Shown one piece after another: positions 58,871 to 64,000 of a stretch of 64,000 nt of DNA (positions are counted from its first letter, which is position 1; the number at the start of each line of letters is the position of its first letter). Both the position numbers and the translations under genes were made by a program. Source of the DNA: Burkholderiaceae bacterium (GTDB taxonomy: Bacteria > Pseudomonadota > Gammaproteobacteria > Burkholderiales > Burkholderiaceae_C); assembly GCA_017992055.1 (NCBI GenBank), contig JAGOPK010000004.1, forward strand, positions 112,165 through 176,164, in the 5' to 3' direction. Below the pieces are notes generated by a model. The model worked only from the letters and a program-made list of their open reading frames with translations, ran no database searches and was not told the DNA's origin.

Positions 58871-58947
58871 GATAACTCATTGGAGTGGTGACCAGCAAGC
58901 CGTCGGGGCATCACCACCGTCTTCCCTCCGTCGATAAAGGTATTGCC

Positions 58948-60114
58948 ATGAAAGCCTTCTCTGTCCTGCGCACCGTGGCCGCCTCGGCCCTCGCGAGCCT
59001 GCTCTCGGCGGGCGTCTCCACGGCGCTCGCCGCCGACTACAAGGTGGGATTCATCACCTCGCTGTCCGGCCCGGTGTCCTCGCTCGGCATCCCGTACCAG
59101 AAGGGCATCCAGGCGGCGGTGAGCTACAAGGCCGACATCGACGGCAAGAAGATCCAGCTGATCCAGCTCGACGATGCCTCCGACCCGAGCACCGCTGCGC
59201 GCAATGCGCGCAAGCTGATCGAGGAAGACAAGGTCGACGTGATCATCGGCACGGCCGGCTCGCCCGGTGCGCTGGCCATCGCCGCGGTGGCGCGCGAGAC
59301 CAAGACGCCGCTGATCTCCATCGCCAATGCCAACCTGCCGGGTGAAGACGGCGCCTGGATGGTCACGCTGCCGCAGCCTGCGCCGCTGATGGTGAGCGCG
59401 GTCGTCGACGCGATGAAGAAGTCCGGCGTCAAGACCGTCGGCTACATCGGCTTCTCCGACGCCTGGGGCGACCTGGTGTACGACGCGCTGCAGAAAAGCG
59501 TCGAGAAGGCCGGCATCAAGGTCGTGTCCAACGAGCGCTACGCACGCGCCGATGCCTCGGTGACGGGCCAGGTGCTGAAGATCGTCGCGCTGCGCCCGGA
59601 TGCGGTGATCACCGGCACCTCCGGCACGCCCGGCGCGCTGCCCTACATCGCCCTCAGCGAACGTGGCTTCAAGGGCCAGATCTACGGCATGCATGCCCTG
59701 ATCAACCCCGACTTCGTGCGTGTGGGCGGCGCCTCGGTGGAGGGCCTGCTGGCGCCCACCGGCCCGGTGGTGGTGGCCGAGCAGCTGGCCGCCGCCAACC
59801 CCATCCGCAAGGTGTCGCTGGACTTCCGTGCCGCGTACACCAAGGCCAACGGCGCCGCGCCCACCGACGCCTTCTCGGCCTACTCCTTCGATGCCTGGCT
59901 GATCTTCCTGGACGCGGCCAAGCGCGCATCGGCCAAGGCCGAGGCCGGCACGCCGCAGTTCCGCGTCGCGCTGCGCGATGCCATCGCCAGCACCCAGGAG
60001 CTGGTCGGTACGCACAGCGTCTACAACTTCAAGCCCACCGACCGCTACGGCTCCGACGAGCGCTCGCGCGTGGTGGTGCGCCTCGAAAAGGGCCAGTGGA
60101 AGCTGGTGCCCTGA
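58948..60114 (+). CDS. Branched-chain-type ABC solute-binding protein (IadK2-like)
   Basis: SLSGPVSSLGIPY, LDDASDP, ERYARAD, GTHSVYNF. Confidence 0.88.
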   Translation: MKAFSVLRTVAASALASLLSAGVSTALAADYKVGFITSLSGPVSSLGIPYQKGIQAAVSYKADIDGKKIQLIQLDDASDPSTAARNARKLIEEDKVDVIIGTAGSPGALAIAAVARETKTPLISIANANLPGEDGAWMVTLPQPAPLMVSAVVDAMKKSGVKTVGYIGFSDAWGDLVYDALQKSVEKAGIKVVSNERYARADASVTGQVLKIVALRPDAVITGTSGTPGALPYIALSERGFKGQIYGMHALINPDFVRVGGASVEGLLAPTGPVVVAEQLAAANPIRKVSLDFRAAYTKANGAAPTDAFSAYSFDAWLIFLDAAKRASAKAEAGTPQFRVALRDAIASTQELVGTHSVYNFKPTDRYGSDERSRVVVRLEKGQWKLVP

Positions 60115-60172
60115 GGGCCGCCACTCCAGTCGCCCAAGCCACCTGCCTGCCGTGCAACCGAAAGGAACGTCG

Positions 60173-61315
60173 ATGCCCCCGTTCACGCGTCTTGCCGCCC
60201 TGGCCTTGTCCGCCGGGCTTGCCGTTGGTTCCGCCGCGGCCGACCTCAAGGTCGGCGTGATCAGCTCGTTGTCGGGGCCGGTGTCGGCGCTCGGCATTCC
60301 CTACGAGAAGGGCATCCGCGCTGCCCAGGCGCAGCTGCCCGTGATGGCGGGCCGCAAGGTGGAGGTGATCGTGCTCGACGATGCCTCCGACCCCACCACG
60401 GCGGCGCGCAATGCCCGCAAGCTGGTGACGGAAGACAAGGTCGACGTGCTGATCGGAACCTCCGGCGTGCCCGGCGCCATGGCGATCGCCGCCGTGGCGC
60501 GCGAACTCAATACGCCGCTGATCTCGCCGACGCCGCTGTCGCTGCCCGGTGCCGAGAACGCATGGACCGTGTCCGTATCGCAGCCGTTCGAGCTGATGGT
60601 CGCCGGCGTGGTCAAGCGCATGGCCGCATCCAATGTGAAGACGGTGGCGTTCATCGGCTTCTCCGATGCGCTGGGCGACCTGGCCTACGACTCGCTCGTG
60701 AAGGCCACCGGCCCTGCAGGCATCAAGATCGTCGCCAACGAGCGCTATGCCCGCAGCGATTCGTCGGTGGCCGGCCAGGTGCTCAAGATCGTCGCGCAGC
60801 GGCCCGATGCCGTCTTCGCCGGCAACTCGGGCACGCCCGGCGCTCTGCCCTACATCGCGCTGGCCGAGCGCAGCTACAAGGGGCTGATCTACGGCACCCA
60901 TGGCCTGATCAATGCCGACTTCGTGCGCGTGGGCGGCGCCTCGATCGAAGGCCTGCAGGTGCCCAGCGGCCCGGTGCTGGTGGCCGAGCAGCTGCCGGCC
61001 GGCAACCCCATCCGCAAGGTGTCGATGGACTTCCGCGCGGCCTATCAAAAAGTGCATGGCGCCGCGCCGGTTGATGCCTTCTCGTCCTATACCTACGACG
61101 CCTACCTGCTGCTCGCCGACGCGGCGAGCCGCGCCAAGGGCGAGCCGGGCACGCCGGCCTTCCGCCAGTCGTTGAAGGACGCGATCCTGAGCACGCGCGA
61201 GCTGACCGGCACGCACGGCATCTACAGCTTCAGGCCCGACAGCCGCTACGGCTCGGACGAGCGCGGCGTGGTGGTGGTGCGCATGGTCAAGGGCCAGTGG
61301 ACGCTGGTGCCCTGA
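60173..61315 (+). CDS. Second paralogous ABC solute-binding protein
   Basis: SLSGPVSALGIPY, LDDASDP, ERYARSD. Confidence 0.88.
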   Translation: MPPFTRLAALALSAGLAVGSAAADLKVGVISSLSGPVSALGIPYEKGIRAAQAQLPVMAGRKVEVIVLDDASDPTTAARNARKLVTEDKVDVLIGTSGVPGAMAIAAVARELNTPLISPTPLSLPGAENAWTVSVSQPFELMVAGVVKRMAASNVKTVAFIGFSDALGDLAYDSLVKATGPAGIKIVANERYARSDSSVAGQVLKIVAQRPDAVFAGNSGTPGALPYIALAERSYKGLIYGTHGLINADFVRVGGASIEGLQVPSGPVLVAEQLPAGNPIRKVSMDFRAAYQKVHGAAPVDAFSSYTYDAYLLLADAASRAKGEPGTPAFRQSLKDAILSTRELTGTHGIYSFRPDSRYGSDERGVVVVRMVKGQWTLVP

Positions 61316-61346
61316 GCACGGGCCCGGACGCGCGAGGACACCGCCA

Positions 61347-62660
61347 ATGCCGAGCTACCGCGACGACCCCGGGGCCCTGCTGGCACTGGTGCAGGACCGG
61401 CGTGTGCACCGCGACCTGTACCTGAGTGAGGAAATCTTCGCGCTGGAGCAGGAGCGCTTCTTCGCCCGCACCTGGCAGTACGCCGGCCATGCGAGCGAGG
61501 TGCCGCAGCCCGGCGACTTCCGCACGCTGGAGGTGGCCGGCCGGCCGCTGCTGATGGTGCGCCAGGCCAACGGCGCCATCGGCGTCTTCTACAACCGCTG
61601 CGCGCACAAGGGCGCACAGCTGGTCACCGACGAGTACGGCAACACCGGCCGCTTCTTCAAGTGCCCGTACCACGCCTGGACCTACAAGCTCGACGGCGCG
61701 CCGCTGGCCATTCCGCTGAAGGCCGGCTACGAAGGCACGGGCCTCGCGGAATGTGAGTCCGGCCGCGGCCTGGTGCCGGTGGCCGGGCTGGGACTGCATC
61801 GCGACTTCGTCTTCGTGCGCCTCGCGTCCGAGGGCCCGGCCTTCGCCGACTACTTCGACGGCATCCTGCATGCCATCGACAACATGGTCGACCGCTCGCC
61901 CGAGGGCCGGCTGACCGTGGCCGGCGGCGTGCTGCGCAGCGTCGTGCACTGCAACTGGAAGATGTACCTCGAGAACATCAACGACACGGTGCATCCGATG
62001 TCGACGCACGAGTCGGCCACGCAGGCGGCCGGCGCGCTGTGGCAGGGCCAGCCGGCCGATGCCCCCAAGCCGATGGCGATGGAGCAGATCCTGCCCTTCG
62101 GCAACGGCTACGACTTCTTCGACCAGATGGGCGGCCGTGTCTACCCCAATGGCCACAGCGTGCTGGGCACGCGCTTCAGCATCCACTCCGGCTACGGCCG
62201 GCTCGAGGACTACGAGGCGGCGCTGCGTGCATCGCTGGGCGAGGCCCGTGCCAACGAGGTGCTGCAGCGCTCGCCGCAGAACGCGGTGCTGTTCCCCAGC
62301 CTCTCGGTCAAGGGCTCGCCGCAGGCCATCCGCGTGATCCGACCGCTGGCCGCCGACCGCACGCTGATCGAGGCCTGGAGCCTGCGCCCCGAGGGCGCGC
62401 CCGACCTGCTGCTGCAGCGCTCGATGAGCTACAACCGGCTGGTGTTCTCGCCGATGTCGGTGGTGGCACACGACGACCTGCATCTGTTCGAAAGCATGCA
62501 GCAGGGCCTGCGTGGCGAAGGCAACGAATGGGTCAGCCTGCATCGCGGCTGGTCCGCCGGCGAGAGCGACACGGCGGTGCAGGACACCAACGGCACCAAC
62601 GAGCTGCTGATCCGCAACCAGTTCCGCGCCTGGGCGCGGTGGATGGGGGCGGCGGCATGA
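61347..62660 (+). CDS. Second Rieske oxygenase alpha subunit (IadD paralog)
   Basis: NRCAHKG...CPYHAW, ENINDTVHPMSTH, HDD; colinear with 51344-52669. Confidence 0.9.
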   Translation: MPSYRDDPGALLALVQDRRVHRDLYLSEEIFALEQERFFARTWQYAGHASEVPQPGDFRTLEVAGRPLLMVRQANGAIGVFYNRCAHKGAQLVTDEYGNTGRFFKCPYHAWTYKLDGAPLAIPLKAGYEGTGLAECESGRGLVPVAGLGLHRDFVFVRLASEGPAFADYFDGILHAIDNMVDRSPEGRLTVAGGVLRSVVHCNWKMYLENINDTVHPMSTHESATQAAGALWQGQPADAPKPMAMEQILPFGNGYDFFDQMGGRVYPNGHSVLGTRFSIHSGYGRLEDYEAALRASLGEARANEVLQRSPQNAVLFPSLSVKGSPQAIRVIRPLAADRTLIEAWSLRPEGAPDLLLQRSMSYNRLVFSPMSVVAHDDLHLFESMQQGLRGEGNEWVSLHRGWSAGESDTAVQDTNGTNELLIRNQFRAWARWMGAAA

Positions 62661-63136
62661 CGGGCGCGCTCACGCCCGAGGAGTTCATCGCCCACGAGGC
62701 CGCGCTGCTGGACGAGCGCCGCTTCGACGACTGGCTGGCGCTCTTTGCCGAGGACGGCCGCTACTGGGTGCCGCTGCAGGGCGCGGCCCAGGCCGACGAG
62801 ATCACGCACAACTCGATCGCGCTGGAAGACCGGCTGCTGCTGGCGCTGCGCGTGCGGCGCCTGAAGAACCCGCGCGCGCATTCGCAGCACCCCGCCAGCC
62901 ACTGCCAGCACATCCTGCAGCGCCCGCAGCGTCTGGAGGACGGCGCCGGCGGGGAGCTGCGCATGAAGACTCCCTTCCTCTACGTCGAGGCGCGCGGCCC
63001 GCAGCAGCTGATGCTGGCTGGCACCTGCGTGCACCGGCTGTGCAGGACCGGCGGTGGCGCCTGGCTGATCCGCGAGAAACGCGTGAACCTGCTCAACCCG
63101 GGGCAACCGCTGCCGGCGATCCAGTTGTTCATCTGA
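62657..63136 (+). CDS. Second oxygenase beta subunit (IadE paralog)
   Basis: EAALLDERRFDDW, YWVP, KRVNLLN; ATGA overlap. Confidence 0.88.
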   Translation: MTGALTPEEFIAHEAALLDERRFDDWLALFAEDGRYWVPLQGAAQADEITHNSIALEDRLLLALRVRRLKNPRAHSQHPASHCQHILQRPQRLEDGAGGELRMKTPFLYVEARGPQQLMLAGTCVHRLCRTGGGAWLIREKRVNLLNPGQPLPAIQLFI

Positions 63137-63178
63137 CCGCTGACGAATCCGAATCCCCTAGCTGCTTGGAGGCAGACG

Positions 63179-64000
63179 ATGAAGAAGATGGTGAAGTTCC
63201 TGACCCGCTTCGTGTCCGCGAGCGCGCTGCTGATCGCTGGCGTGCCGGCCCTCGCGGCCGACCTCAAGGTCGGCCTCAGCGTGTCGCTGTCAGGCCCCAA
63301 CTCGTCGCTGGGCGTGCCCTATGCCAAGGGCATGCAGGCCGCGCTGGCCCACAAGGGCGAGATCAATGGCCGCAAGATCCAGCTCATCGTGCTCGACGAC
63401 GGCTCCGACCCCACGACGGCCGGTCGCAATGCGCGCAAGCTGGTCAACGAGGACAAGGTCGACATCCTGATGGGTACTTCCGGCGTGCCAGCCGCCATTG
63501 CGATGGCGCAGGTCGGGCGTGATGCCAAGGTGCCGATGATCGGCCTCACGCCGATCCAGCTCAACCCGGCCGAGAACCCGTGGGTGGTGACCGTGGCGCA
63601 GCCCACGCAGCTGATGGTGGATGCGGTGGTCGCGCGCATGAAGCGCGATGGCGTCAAGACAGTGGGCTACATCGGCTTCTCCGACGCCTGGGGCGACCTG
63701 GTCTACAACGCGCTCAATGCGGCGGCGGGCCCGGCGGGCATCCAGGTGCTGGGCAACGAGCGCTATGCGCGCTCCGATGCCTCGGTCACCGGCCAGGTGC
63801 TGAAGCTGCTCGGCATGCGCCCGGACGCGGTGATGACCGGTGGCGCGGGCACGCCGGGCGCCTTGCCCTTTCTCGCGCTGCAGGAGCGCGGCTTCAAGGG
63901 CAAGGTCTATGGCCAGCACGGCCTGATCAACCCCGACTTCATCCGCGTCGTCGGTGCCGCCGGCCAGGAGTCGCTGATGCCCACCGGCCCGATCATCGTG
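63179..64000 (+). CDS. Third paralogous ABC solute-binding protein, 3'-truncated by window edge
   Basis: Hand-translated MKKMVKFLTRF...SLSGPNSSLGVPY...LDDGSDP...ERYARSD (absent from ORF track). Confidence 0.85.
   Translation, partial: MKKMVKFLTRFVSASALLIAGVPALAADLKVGLSVSLSGPNSSLGVPYAKGMQAALAHKGEINGRKIQLIVLDDGSDPTTAGRNARKLVNEDKVDILMGTSGVPAAIAMAQVGRDAKVPMIGLTPIQLNPAENPWVVTVAQPTQLMVDAVVARMKRDGVKTVGYIGFSDAWGDLVYNALNAAAGPAGIQVLGNERYARSDASVTGQVLKLLGMRPDAVMTGGAGTPGALPFLALQERGFKGKVYGQHGLINPDFIRVVGAAGQESLMPTGPIIV

Larger units (their letters stand above)
37295..64000. mobile_element. Probable accessory island at the tRNA-Val 3' end (right boundary outside window; no integrase seen)
   Basis: Switch from housekeeping genes to pseudogene fragments and catabolic operons directly after a tRNA. 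Confidence 0.5.

Overview
Very GC-rich betaproteobacterial chromosome segment; the gene content suggests Burkholderiales, which is my inference. Bases 1-37294 are mostly backbone: the 3' part of a histidine-utilization (hut) operon containing an extra PhyH-type dioxygenase, then ylqF, mltB, moxR-DUF58-transglutaminase, a deacetylase, mscS, fumA, pat, acs, ilvD, lgt, dnaQ and tRNA-Val(CAC). Two accessory blocks sit in this backbone. (1) A visibly lower-GC cassette of about 1.75 kb (13756-15498) carries one gene, a TIR domain fused to an EgtD-like SAM-dependent methyltransferase, bracketed by two related 10-bp hairpins. This is the best candidate for an undescribed (defence-like) system. (2) A MalT-like LuxR regulator lies upstream of a hemerythrin, two ligand-degenerate hemerythrin paralogs and a dihaem cytochrome c (16958-22967). 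After tRNA-Val comes a probable island running past the window end. It opens with a scar of IS110, AbiEii and DctP fragments, then tctCED-like genes, an opine-dehydrogenase operon, and a MarR-controlled cluster with the gene order of the Variovorax iad (indole-3-acetate degradation) locus, extended by a second Rieske oxygenase pair and three tandem solute-binding proteins. All product calls come from motif recognition by eye; no database searches were run.
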